Part shown: positions 27,331 through 36,102 of the stretch, in pieces
Layout of the letters: each line of letters opens with the position of its first letter
How positions within the stretch are numbered: the first letter of the stretch is position 1
Source: Candidatus Darwinibacter acetoxidans
Lineage (GTDB): Bacteria; Bacillota; Limnochordia; Darwinibacteriales; Darwinibacteriaceae
Direction: 5' to 3'
DNA: 59,278 nucleotides
NCBI GenBank assembly: GCA_041936745.1
Contig: JBHGWS010000140.1
Coordinates: 1 to 59,278, forward strand
Notes under the pieces: generated by a model
What the model saw: only the letters and a program-made list of their open reading frames with translations
Told to the model about the DNA's origin: nothing
The model's database searches: none
Translations under genes and position numbers: made by a program

Positions 27331-27929
27331 TATATTTCCTCCAGGCCTAAAATATGGGCTACCTTTTTGAAATCATCCTCATTGGGCAGAAATATGATAT
27401 TACCTTTAATGGCTTCGCCCTCAGCAAAAAAATCTGTGCTGATTACTGTCACTTCGTTGACAATTTGGGCACCGGCCAGGATACTCTGCCATACCGCGCC
27501 GGCCATGTCCACTGCGATCGCCGGCACGCTGGGGGCTAATATTAGATTTGTCATTTTAGCCAGGGCATTTAGATAAGAAGTAATCATAATATTGCCTAAT
27601 TCTTCTAAAGCGGAAAGGGACATCTCATTAAGTTCGCCGCTTTCATCACCTGTCAAGTGCCGGGCCAAAATTAAAGCACTGTCCACAGGCAGTATAAAAG
27701 CCATGTAACCGCTTACGTCACCTGATATTATTATAAAAATTCCGACTACGGTTTGTTCCAAGCCACCTATAAATTCAGCTGCCTCAGCAAAGGGCAGCAT
27801 GCGGGCATCCGGTACAACTAATTGGAAACGTTTTCCCCTTAACATCTGCGATAAGGCCGTGGTGGCGTGCCCGGCGCCGATATTGCCTAATTCTTTCAAA
27901 AAATCCAATCTGGCCGCGTACACAGGCAC
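27330..27929 (-). CDS. cheC: CheY-P phosphatase CheC
   Basis: D.LKELGNIGAGHATTALS and SALEELGNI motifs. Confidence 0.93.
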   Translation of the reverse strand: MPVYAARLDFLKELGNIGAGHATTALSQMLRGKRFQLVVPDARMLPFAEAAEFIGGLEQTVVGIFIIISGDVSGYMAFILPVDSALILARHLTGDESGELNEMSLSALEELGNIMITSYLNALAKMTNLILAPSVPAIAVDMAGAVWQSILAGAQIVNEVTVISTDFFAEGEAIKGNIIFLPNEDDFKKVAHILGLEEI

Positions 27930-27935
27930 ACCCCC

Positions 27936-28298
27936 CTAGGCGCTGATTTTGCGCAACGATTCAACAACTCTTTCCGCATCGAAGGGCTTGACCAAAAAGT
28001 CCTTGGCCCCCGCGCTTAATGCTTCAATAACCATGGGCTTTTGCCCCATGGCACTGCAGACGATTATTTTAGCGTCCGGATCTATTTTCATAATTTCTTT
28101 AATGGCGGTGATGCCGTCCATTTTAGGCATAGTGATATCCATCGTTACCATGTCCGGCTGCAGTTCCTTGTAAAGGGCGATGGCCTCTTCGCCGTCCCCC
28201 GCTTCTCCTACAACCTCATAACCGTTTTTTTCAATAACATTGCGTAAAGTCATGCGCATAAACGCAGTGTCGTCTGTAATCAAAACTGTTTTCGCCAT
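27936..28298 (-). CDS. cheY: Chemotaxis response regulator CheY
   Basis: Single receiver domain: DDTAFMR, MDITMP, SAMGQ, KPF. Confidence 0.95.
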   Translation of the reverse strand: MAKTVLITDDTAFMRMTLRNVIEKNGYEVVGEAGDGEEAIALYKELQPDMVTMDITMPKMDGITAIKEIMKIDPDAKIIVCSAMGQKPMVIEALSAGAKDFLVKPFDAERVVESLRKISA

Positions 28299-28310
28299 AC
28301 TTTCATCTCC

Positions 28311-30272
28311 CTATCGAATTAGAGTACTGGTGTCAAGGATTAACGCAACGTTGCCGTTACCCAAAACTGTTGCCCCGGCAATCCCCTGGATATCGCCGAG
28401 AATGCCCTGCAAAGACTTAATCACAATTTCCTGCTGGCCGATTAAATCCTCCACTATGAAGGCGGCCTTACCGCCGCGGGTTTCAACTACGATTACGGCT
28501 AAAGGCCCCGGGGATTCCAAACTATTAAAGCCGAGGGATGCGGCAAGATCATAGAGGGGAAGTACTTCATCGCGCAGTACGATTACATTTTGCTGCTGCA
28601 CGGTTTTGATTTGACTTCGTTCGATCTGGAGATTTTCTCGGACTGTTTGAATGGGGATAGCCATGGTTTCGCCATCACAGAGCACTAACAGCGCCTTGAT
28701 AATTGCCAAAGTCAAAGGCAGTTTAATAATCGTGCGCAGCGACTGGCCCTGCACGGATTCCATCTCAATGGTTCCACTCAGTGATTCCACAGTCGTTTTA
28801 ACAGCATCCAAGCCCACTCCCCGGCCCGAGAGGCCTGTTACTTCCTTGGCTGTGCTGAAACCGGGGTTAAAAAGCAGTTCGATTCCTTCTTCGCTGGAGA
28901 TTTTTGGAGCAGTGGGCTTTAAAAGCCCTCGTTCAACCGCTTTTTTCTGAATGCTTGCTAAGTCAAGCCCCCTGCCGTCGTCACTTATTTCGATTAAGAT
29001 GTGGCTGCCTTCATGCCTTGCCTGCAGGCGGATAGTGCCTGTTTCCGGTTTGCCTAAAGCCAAGCGTTCCGCGGGCAGTTCCAAGCCGTGATCGATGGAA
29101 TTCCGCAGAAGGTGCACCAGTGGGTCACCGATTTGATTAACAATAGAGCGGTCTAGTTCAGTTTCTTCACCGGAGATTTCCAAATTGATCTGCTTGTTTG
29201 ATGCCTGAGCCAGATCCCGCACCATGCGGGGAAAGCGGTCAAACACTTGTTTAATGGGGACCATCCTCAGGCTCATCGCGGCATACTGCAGTTCCGTTGT
29301 CACTCGGTCTAACTGTGCCAAGGCATTTTTTTGCTCAGACTCATTTTTTTCATTCAAGCTCATTTCCATAACTTGCGTCCGGCTGATCACCAATTCCCCA
29401 ACCAAGTTGATGAGCTTGTCCAAACGCTCGGTTTCAACGCGCACCAATGTTTCTTGCCGCTGCAGCCTTGGCAGTGGCGCCGCCATGGCTGCGGCTGCAG
29501 TCTGCGTGGGTGGGGCAGCGGCTTTCTCTTGGGGCTTTTCTTCGCTTACAGGCGAAACTTCCACATTTTCAATCTCGGAAATCCCCTCGACGATGCCCTG
29601 GACGCCTGCGGCGGTTTCATGCGTAAGAATTATGAGACCAAATTGAACATCAAACAGCTCGTCTTCCAAATCCTGTACAGAAGGCTTGCTTTGGATAATA
29701 GTTCCGATTTCTTCCAAGGCTTGAAAAACGGTGTAAACCCGCACTGATTTTAAAATTGTATTTTCCCGTAAAGTGACGATAACGCTGAAGGCGTTGTAGC
29801 CTTGTTCCAGGCCTTGTTTAATCGTTTCCCGATTAAATTCATCCAGTTCCATGGTAAGGCTGTCCGCGGCCATTTCTTCTTGAACTGTGATACCTTCTTC
29901 ACCTGTCAAGCCTTTTAAGGCCGCAGTAACTTCTTCAAAGCCGCTGATCGGCTCTTCGCTGATGGTCTGCTCCAAAAGAATTTCTAAGGTATCTACGGAG
30001 CGGAATAACACGTCAATAACTTCTTGGTTGGCGGTCAATTCCCCCCCGCGCAGCTTTTCTAAAACGCTTTCCATCTCGTGAGTAAACTGTGTCAGCTCTT
30101 TAAAACCCATGGTGCCGGACATGCCTTTTAAACTGTGGGCTGCCCGAAACAGCTCGTCGAGGATGTTCCAATCCGCAGGATTGCGTTCGAAAACTAAAAG
30201 ATTATCATTTAATGACTGCAGGTAATCTTGGGCTTCTGCCGCAAATACTTCTTTGAAGGCACTGGTATCCAA
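28311..30272 (-). CDS. cheA: Chemotaxis histidine kinase CheA
   Basis: Hpt FRAAHSLKG, P2, HLLRNSIDHG, SGRGVGLD, C-terminal CheW-like domain. Confidence 0.97.
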   Translation of the reverse strand: MDTSAFKEVFAAEAQDYLQSLNDNLLVFERNPADWNILDELFRAAHSLKGMSGTMGFKELTQFTHEMESVLEKLRGGELTANQEVIDVLFRSVDTLEILLEQTISEEPISGFEEVTAALKGLTGEEGITVQEEMAADSLTMELDEFNRETIKQGLEQGYNAFSVIVTLRENTILKSVRVYTVFQALEEIGTIIQSKPSVQDLEDELFDVQFGLIILTHETAAGVQGIVEGISEIENVEVSPVSEEKPQEKAAAPPTQTAAAAMAAPLPRLQRQETLVRVETERLDKLINLVGELVISRTQVMEMSLNEKNESEQKNALAQLDRVTTELQYAAMSLRMVPIKQVFDRFPRMVRDLAQASNKQINLEISGEETELDRSIVNQIGDPLVHLLRNSIDHGLELPAERLALGKPETGTIRLQARHEGSHILIEISDDGRGLDLASIQKKAVERGLLKPTAPKISSEEGIELLFNPGFSTAKEVTGLSGRGVGLDAVKTTVESLSGTIEMESVQGQSLRTIIKLPLTLAIIKALLVLCDGETMAIPIQTVRENLQIERSQIKTVQQQNVIVLRDEVLPLYDLAASLGFNSLESPGPLAVIVVETRGGKAAFIVEDLIGQQEIVIKSLQGILGDIQGIAGATVLGNGNVALILDTSTLIR

Positions 30273-30290
30273 TTGCTTCCCCCTTTCAGC

Positions 30291-31388
30291 CTAACTGACA
30301 CTGACTATGCGATCTTTTTGCGTCGCTATTTCCGTGATGCGGACCCCAAATTGTTCGCCCACTACGACAACTTCCCCTCGGGCAATCAGGGTATCGTTGG
30401 CAAACACCTCAATCGGCTCGCCGTGGAAGGATTCTAATTCCATGATGTGGCCGGGCCCCAAACGAAGGATGTTGTCGATAGACATCTTGGTCCTGCCCAA
30501 AACCGCCCGCACTTGGACGGGGATGCCCTTGATTAAATCTATATTTATATTGCCTAAATCCACGGCGGTTTGATCTTCTTTTTGCACCGGCCGGGGCGGT
30601 GGCGGCATTTTAGCCGGTTCTTCTTTTAAATCCGCCCAAGCGATGGCCGCTGCTTCTTCTTCAATGGCTGCGGGCTTTGGAACCTCTTCCTGCGCCGGCA
30701 GCAGCATTTCAACCATTTCTTTAGCAAAATCGGTTTCAATGATCTGGAGCATTGTGCTGTCTACCAAACCGTCGATTTCAATGCGGAAGGCAATGGTTAC
30801 GACGGGGTTTTCCTGGGGGATTTCCTCCGTCACCAAATCCTGTGCCAGATCCCGCCGTTCCGTCGTGGGCGGTGAAATTTCGATTAAAGTCCCGAATAAG
30901 TCGGACATGGCTGTCGCCGCCGACCCCATCATCATATTCATCGCTTCGGTTAAAGCGCTGAGGTAAATATCATCTATTTCAGGCGGTAAGCTTGTCCCAT
31001 CTTCGCCCATCATTAAGCTGCCTATCACTAAAGCATCCTTTTCCCTGATGACTAAAATGTTTTCACCCAAAAGCCCCTGCAGGTACTCTACATTGACAAT
31101 TATACAGGGTACGGGATATGAATCGGTGACAACTTTCGGCGTACTCATATACACTTCCGGTACCGTGATGCTCACCTTTTTGTTCACCAAAGTACTTAAA
31201 GCGGTAGCTGCGGAACCCATGGAAATATTGCCGATTTCCGCTAAAGTGTCCTGCTCTTCAGTAGTAAGAAAGTCATTCACGTCCAGATCGGGGAATTCCG
31301 TCTTTTCTTCTTTGGCCTTTTCCCCTCCGTTGTCTAATTCGGCTAAAAGGGCATCAAGTTCGTCTTGGCTCATCAGTTCGTCACTCAC
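30291..31388 (-). CDS. fliY: Flagellar motor switch phosphatase FliY (CheC-like + FliN)
   Basis: MSQDELDALL, EIGNISMGSAATALS and E..N.MMG motifs; C-terminal SpoA domain GEVVVVGEQFGVRIT. Confidence 0.92.
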   Translation of the reverse strand: MSDELMSQDELDALLAELDNGGEKAKEEKTEFPDLDVNDFLTTEEQDTLAEIGNISMGSAATALSTLVNKKVSITVPEVYMSTPKVVTDSYPVPCIIVNVEYLQGLLGENILVIREKDALVIGSLMMGEDGTSLPPEIDDIYLSALTEAMNMMMGSAATAMSDLFGTLIEISPPTTERRDLAQDLVTEEIPQENPVVTIAFRIEIDGLVDSTMLQIIETDFAKEMVEMLLPAQEEVPKPAAIEEEAAAIAWADLKEEPAKMPPPPRPVQKEDQTAVDLGNINIDLIKGIPVQVRAVLGRTKMSIDNILRLGPGHIMELESFHGEPIEVFANDTLIARGEVVVVGEQFGVRITEIATQKDRIVSVS

Positions 31389-32379
31389 TGCGGGTGCCCC
31401 CTTCCGTTTCGCATACATTTGTAATCACAACACCGAGCCTTGCGCCCAAGCGGCCCGGCGTGCCTTTAAATTTAGTCAGCGGCCCTATCTTTATATCAAG
31501 GGTTTCGTTTTTTTTGCGATCCAGTGGGATCACATCGCCCGCGGCCAAATTAAGCAGATCCTGCACTGAGACGGAAGTTTGGCCCAGCTCAACTTCAATT
31601 GGGATGACAGCTGAGCGGATCTTTTGTTTCAATACTTCGATCCGCGCCGGATCAGGTTGTTTTAAGGACTCAAACATACGGATCTGTGTCAGGTTTTTCA
31701 TAATGGGTTCCAAAGTACGGTGCGGTAAGCAGATACTGACCATATCCGCCTGCTCGTTTAATTCCAACCTCATGGTGACCAGGGCGATGACTTCTCTTTC
31801 AGGAATCAGTTGGAGAAATTGAGGATTGCTTTCCATGTAATCTAACTCAAATTCCAAGGCGCTGACATCCCGCCACGCTTCTGACAAAAGGGCTGAGAAA
31901 ACACTGATTACCTGTTTTCGTAAAACAGCCGTTTCTATATCGGTGAGGCCCCTGCTGCGCCCCAAAGGCCTGCCGTCGCCGCCGCAGAGGCGGTCGTGTA
32001 AGAGAAATGCGATATCCGGCGTCAGCTGCATGATTGCATACCCTTCCAAGGGGTGGACCTTAAAAACGCTGAGTACGGACGGATTGGGGAGTGAGCTGAC
32101 AAAGTCGCCAAAGGTGAGCTGTTCAACGGTGTGCACCCTCAGGTCTACTTGGTGCCTGAGTTTGGCCGTCATTAAAACCCCGTAGCTTCTGGTAAATTGT
32201 TCGTGAATGCGCTCTAGGGCCCTCAGATGCTCTTTTGAGAACTTATTTGGCCTAGTGAAATCATACAGCGGATCTTCATCGCCGGCGGCTTCAATTTCTT
32301 CCTCACCGTCCGGTTCGGAAGCGGCCTTAATCAACATGTCAATTTCTTCCTGTGATAAAATGTCATGCACAAAACTCAC
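31381..32379 (-). CDS. fliM: Flagellar motor switch protein FliM
   Basis: LSQEEID, YDF.RPNKFSKE and ESNPQF motifs; C-terminal SpoA domain. Confidence 0.95.
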   Translation of the reverse strand: MSFVHDILSQEEIDMLIKAASEPDGEEEIEAAGDEDPLYDFTRPNKFSKEHLRALERIHEQFTRSYGVLMTAKLRHQVDLRVHTVEQLTFGDFVSSLPNPSVLSVFKVHPLEGYAIMQLTPDIAFLLHDRLCGGDGRPLGRSRGLTDIETAVLRKQVISVFSALLSEAWRDVSALEFELDYMESNPQFLQLIPEREVIALVTMRLELNEQADMVSICLPHRTLEPIMKNLTQIRMFESLKQPDPARIEVLKQKIRSAVIPIEVELGQTSVSVQDLLNLAAGDVIPLDRKKNETLDIKIGPLTKFKGTPGRLGARLGVVITNVCETEGGTRSE

Positions 32380-32438
32380 CTCCCGGGTTCATTTAAATAA
32401 GAGGGTATCCCTCCCTTGAGGGAATCCCCTCTCTAACA

Positions 32439-32466
32439 ATATCGGCAGGTATTAGCCATTTCTTGA
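32439..32466 (-). promoter_or_regulatory. Sigma-D (sigma-28)-like promoter upstream of fliM
   Basis: Minus strand TCAAG-15 bp-GCCGATAT (perfect -10 element). Confidence 0.65.
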
Positions 32467-32469
32467 GGT

Positions 32470-32946
32470 TTATTCTGCTGCGGAAACTTTTTCAGTGGGC
32501 AGGGATTCCAGTTGGATCTGTTCACTGCTGGTGAGGATTTTACCAACTTCCAATAGGATCAGTAAGCGATCGTTTAATTTTCCCACGCCTGCTAGGTAAT
32601 CGGCGCGCAAACCGGCAATACTCGTTGGCGGTGGTTCTATGGCATCTTCCGCCAGCCGCAAAGTCTCGGTCACAGCATCGACAATAAAGCCTACTAATTT
32701 ATCGTTAACCTCCAGAATGATGATCCTCGTCTCCTGCGTGTTTTCCTGCGCTTCAAGCCCAAAGCGCTTACGCAGGCAGATGACCGGTATGACCTCTCCC
32801 CTTAAGTTTGTGACCCCTTCGATAAAATCATCTACGTGGGGCAGGCGGGTAATGTGGCGGGGTTTAACGATTTCTCGCACATCCGTGATTTCAACGCCGA
32901 ATTCCTCATTATGCAAGCGGAAAACGACTAATTGCCTTTCTTCCAT
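32470..32946 (-). CDS. cheW: Chemotaxis coupling protein CheW
   Basis: QLVVF.L..EEFG and GVTNLRGEVIPV motifs; AAAGGGG RBS. Confidence 0.95.
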   Translation of the reverse strand: MEERQLVVFRLHNEEFGVEITDVREIVKPRHITRLPHVDDFIEGVTNLRGEVIPVICLRKRFGLEAQENTQETRIIILEVNDKLVGFIVDAVTETLRLAEDAIEPPPTSIAGLRADYLAGVGKLNDRLLILLEVGKILTSSEQIQLESLPTEKVSAAE

Positions 32947-32993
32947 GAAAATCCCCTTTCTCCAGGACAATCTGCACTAATACTTATAGCTTA

Positions 32994-33018
32994 TTTCTAC
33001 TTGTGCCAATGTTTTCCT
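32994..33018 (-). promoter_or_regulatory. Sigma-H-like promoter upstream of cheW
   Basis: Minus strand AGGA-17 bp-GAAA(T). Confidence 0.45.
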
Positions 33019-33037
33019 CCCTAATTTATTATATAAC

Positions 33038-33068
33038 AAAGCGGGGATAAAACAAAATTCCCCGCTTT
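33038..33068 (-). terminator. Terminator of the spoVA operon
   Basis: AAAGCGGGGA...TCCCCGCTTT inverted repeat. Confidence 0.7.
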
Positions 33069-33072
33069 TCCT

Positions 33073-33423
33073 TCATTTCTTTGGTTTACTGACTAAAGCT
33101 ATAATACTGCTGAAAATAATGGCTGCGGCAAGCCCCAAACCGGTAATTTCAAAAGCCCCCGTAAACAACCCTTCCCAGCCCAGCCGCTTTACCTCCGAGA
33201 CCATCCCTTTTGTGATCGAACTGCCAAAACCGAGCACGGGTACTAAAGCGCCGGCGCCGGCAAATTCCTGAAACGGCTCATAGAAGCCCAGGCCGTTTAA
33301 GACGGCGCCTAAAACTACTAAACCGACTAAGACGTGTGCCGGCGTCAGTTTAGTGGTATCCAACACCAGCTGGGCAAGAGCACAAATTGCCCCGCCCACT
33401 AAGAATGCGATGATAAACTCCAA
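33073..33423 (-). CDS. spoVAE: Stage V sporulation protein AE(b)
   Basis: AFLVGGAIC..AQ, LTPAH and FAGAGA.VP..GFG motifs. Confidence 0.93.
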   Translation of the reverse strand: MEFIIAFLVGGAICALAQLVLDTTKLTPAHVLVGLVVLGAVLNGLGFYEPFQEFAGAGALVPVLGFGSSITKGMVSEVKRLGWEGLFTGAFEITGLGLAAAIIFSSIIALVSKPKK

Positions 33424-33437
33424 GGCATCTCCTCCAA

Positions 33438-34442
33438 TTATGCTTCCAGGGCGATCGCATGCGCTATTGTGGGGATTGTCTCTCCCTGCAGGGCCGTAAT
33501 GGGGCTGAATAAAGCACCTGTGGCGATGACTAACGCCCGCTTGGCCCTGCCGGCCGCCAGCTGATTTAAAAGGTAGCCCAGTGTCGTTACGGCAACGCAG
33601 GCGGCACCGCTTCCCCCTGTGCCGGCGTTTTGCTTGCTATCGTAAATCATTGCCCCTCCATCCTGGAGGCGCTCCAAGCCGCTCATATTCTGTTTTTCGG
33701 CCAAAAGCTTCAGCATTTTACTTCCCTGCCTGCCTAAATCGCCGGTTAAGACAATATCGTAGTCCTCCATTCCGCGCCCCGTATCCGCCAGATGCTGTTT
33801 AAGGGTGGCAAAGGCGGCCGGGGCCATGGCGCTGCCCATATCATTGACATCTTTTAAGCCTTTATCCACAACGATGCCAAATGTTGCATCTGTCAGCCGG
33901 GGGCCTGCGCCGGCAAGGCCCAAGGCGGCCGCGGCCGCGCCGGTGACCGTATGGTGGTTTGTCGCTCTATGTTGGATGTTTAGCTCAATGGGGTAGCGAA
34001 ACTGCCGTTCCGCAGTTTGGTAATGGCTGGCCGTACCGATTAAAACCTTTTGGGCAAAATCCCCTTGAATAAGCAGGGCGCCTAAACCCAAGGCCGCGCC
34101 GAAAGTTGCACAGGCGGCATAGATGCCGAGAAAGGGAAGCGCGAGTGTTGCGGCATTAAAGGAGGATGTGACGATTTGGTTTAAAAGATCCCCGGCGATG
34201 AAAAACTGAAAATCTTGCGGCTTTAAATTTGCCTCTTCCATAAGCTTAAGAATCGCCTTCTCCAGCATCAGCCTTTCGGTCTTTTCCGGTGTCTTCTGCC
34301 CTAAATTATCATCCGGCAAAATCTCGTTAAAATCGCTGCCCAAAGGCCCCCTGCCTTCCATAGGCCCTACTAGGCTGTAGCTTCCTTCAAACCTGGGCTG
34401 TTTGCTGAAAGTTAGGGTTTGTAAGCCAAGGTGGTTTTGCAC
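33438..34442 (-). CDS. spoVAD: Stage V sporulation protein AD
   Basis: EG.GPL, AGDLLNQ, AERQFRYP, MG.AMAPAA, TGDLG and GGSG motifs. Confidence 0.95.
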   Translation of the reverse strand: MQNHLGLQTLTFSKQPRFEGSYSLVGPMEGRGPLGSDFNEILPDDNLGQKTPEKTERLMLEKAILKLMEEANLKPQDFQFFIAGDLLNQIVTSSFNAATLALPFLGIYAACATFGAALGLGALLIQGDFAQKVLIGTASHYQTAERQFRYPIELNIQHRATNHHTVTGAAAAALGLAGAGPRLTDATFGIVVDKGLKDVNDMGSAMAPAAFATLKQHLADTGRGMEDYDIVLTGDLGRQGSKMLKLLAEKQNMSGLERLQDGGAMIYDSKQNAGTGGSGAACVAVTTLGYLLNQLAAGRAKRALVIATGALFSPITALQGETIPTIAHAIALEA

Positions 34443-34452
34443 ACACTACCTC

Positions 34453-34893
34453 CTAAAATAAACCGAGAATCAGTGCCTTTAAAACGGTCACAAAAAAGCC
34501 GGCCAAGACTCCGTAAACTATCACCGGGCCCGCGATTGTAAACATCCTGGCGCCCATGCCCAGAAGCAGCCCTTCCCGGCGAAATTCCATTGCCGCGGAT
34601 GCAATCGTGTTGGCAAAACCGGTGATGGGCACTGCGGCTCCCGCCCCGGCTTTTTCTGCAATTTCATCGTAGATGCCGAAACCTGTCAAAACAGTCCCCA
34701 CAAAGATCATTGCCGCCAAGGTGACGGCTGCCGCTTCGTTTTTTGTTGTTTCCAAGATTTCCGCTCCGTTTAAAACAAGTTGGCCGAAGGCGCAGAATAA
34801 GCCGCCGACTAAAAAAGCCCACGCCATATTACTGACTAAGGGCACTTTCGGAGTATTTTGATTTACCAATTTCTGATAGTCTTTTGGTTTCAT
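34453..34893 (-). CDS. spoVAC: Stage V sporulation protein AC
   Basis: AFLVGG, AGAGAAVPITGFAN and MFTIAGPVIVYG motifs. Confidence 0.95.
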   Translation of the reverse strand: MKPKDYQKLVNQNTPKVPLVSNMAWAFLVGGLFCAFGQLVLNGAEILETTKNEAAAVTLAAMIFVGTVLTGFGIYDEIAEKAGAGAAVPITGFANTIASAAMEFRREGLLLGMGARMFTIAGPVIVYGVLAGFFVTVLKALILGLF

Positions 34894-34917
34894 ACTGTTC
34901 ATCCCCTTCACCTTTCT

Positions 34918-34946
34918 TATTATGTTAAAAGGGATGAAAAATATGC
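34918..34946 (-). promoter_or_regulatory. Sigma-G promoter of spoVAC-D-E
   Basis: Minus strand GCATA-17 bp-CATAATA; spoVA is a known sigma-G operon. Confidence 0.75.
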
Positions 34947-34952
34947 TTAAAC

Positions 34953-34984
34953 AAAAAGCGGTTTCCGCACTGAGCGAAAACCGC
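34953..34984 (-). terminator. Terminator of the exbB-SLH operon
   Basis: GCGGTTT..AAACCGC hairpin followed by a T run on the minus strand. Confidence 0.7.
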
Positions 34985-35001
34985 CTGCCATATTTTAGAA
35001 T

Positions 35002-36084
35002 CTAATTGCCCAGGCCCCCCATTACAGCAATCACTACCCCGACCGCGGCAACTGCCAAAGCAACTGTAGTCATAGTTTTGGATGATTTTAATTCTTTTTC
35101 GGCCGTTTCCCGGTAAGATTCGAACTCTTCTTCCAGCTCGCTAATCTGCCGTTCCAAGCGCTTTTCCCTGATCAAGGCCGCGTTAACCTGCACATTAAGA
35201 TCGGAGATCAGCTGATCGCGCAGCTCCTCCAAGAGCTCATCGGTGCCGTGCAGGGTTAAAAAGTCTTTTTCCAGGCTTGCCAGATCTTGGCCCGCCTGCT
35301 CTAACCGGCCCGTAACCTCGCTCACTTTTTGTGCCTCCCGCTGCAGGCGGATGGCTAAGGTCTGCAGATCTTTTTCCAATTCCAAATTACGCTGCCCCAG
35401 CGTTTGGATGCTTTTTTCAATGTCATCTTCCATTTTCAGCTGAAGGGCCGCAATGACGATTTCCTTTTCTTCTTTCCAATTATTTAAGTACTGGAGATCC
35501 TGTTCCTGCTCACGCAGTTCTTTTTCTAATTCGATGACGGCTTGGGTGATTGCCTCTATTTCTACTTTGTAATCTACCAGATCTTCTTTTTGGACGCCAA
35601 CATGGGATTCAAGTTGGCTGATTGCTTCTAAAGCCTCTTCCATCCTGGCACCCAATTCTATCTGGCTTGCCCCTACCAGGCGGACACGCTCTTCCACTGC
35701 AGCCATGCTTTGGCGGACGAAGGCCACATCCTCATCCAAGGACTCCCGGGCTTGATACCAGAGTGCTAATTCCGCCTCGAATTCATGGTAAAGCTGTTTG
35801 ATTAAATCTAAATCTTCCGTGGTTCCTTTGACTTTGCCCGCTTCGATCTCTTCTAAGATTTGGGCTAAGGCAACTGCCAAAGTAAAGCGGTTAACCGCCC
35901 GGTCCCCTTGAAAGGTCCCATCTTCGTAAACCTGCAGGTAGCCTCTGTTGACTAAGGTGACAACGGCCCGGTACGCCCAGTGATCCGGAGTAATATCCGT
36001 CACTTTGGCCAATACGGCCGATGTGCCCACTAAGTTGAAAAGCAAAACCATAATCAGTCCGAAAACCAGCCATCTTTTTTCCAT
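35002..36084 (-). CDS. Secreted SLH-domain protein with a long coiled coil and C-terminal hydrophobic anchor (Omp-alpha-like)
   Basis: Signal peptide ending AVLA; single SLH (DITPDHWAYRAV..L..RG....EDGTF.G...VNR); about 250 aa Glu/Leu heptad-rich region; tail TMTTVALAVAAVGVVIAVMGG. Confidence 0.85.
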   Translation of the reverse strand: MEKRWLVFGLIMVLLFNLVGTSAVLAKVTDITPDHWAYRAVVTLVNRGYLQVYEDGTFQGDRAVNRFTLAVALAQILEEIEAGKVKGTTEDLDLIKQLYHEFEAELALWYQARESLDEDVAFVRQSMAAVEERVRLVGASQIELGARMEEALEAISQLESHVGVQKEDLVDYKVEIEAITQAVIELEKELREQEQDLQYLNNWKEEKEIVIAALQLKMEDDIEKSIQTLGQRNLELEKDLQTLAIRLQREAQKVSEVTGRLEQAGQDLASLEKDFLTLHGTDELLEELRDQLISDLNVQVNAALIREKRLERQISELEEEFESYRETAEKELKSSKTMTTVALAVAAVGVVIAVMGGLGN

Positions 36085-36102
36085 AAATAAGCCTCCTCAC
36101 CG

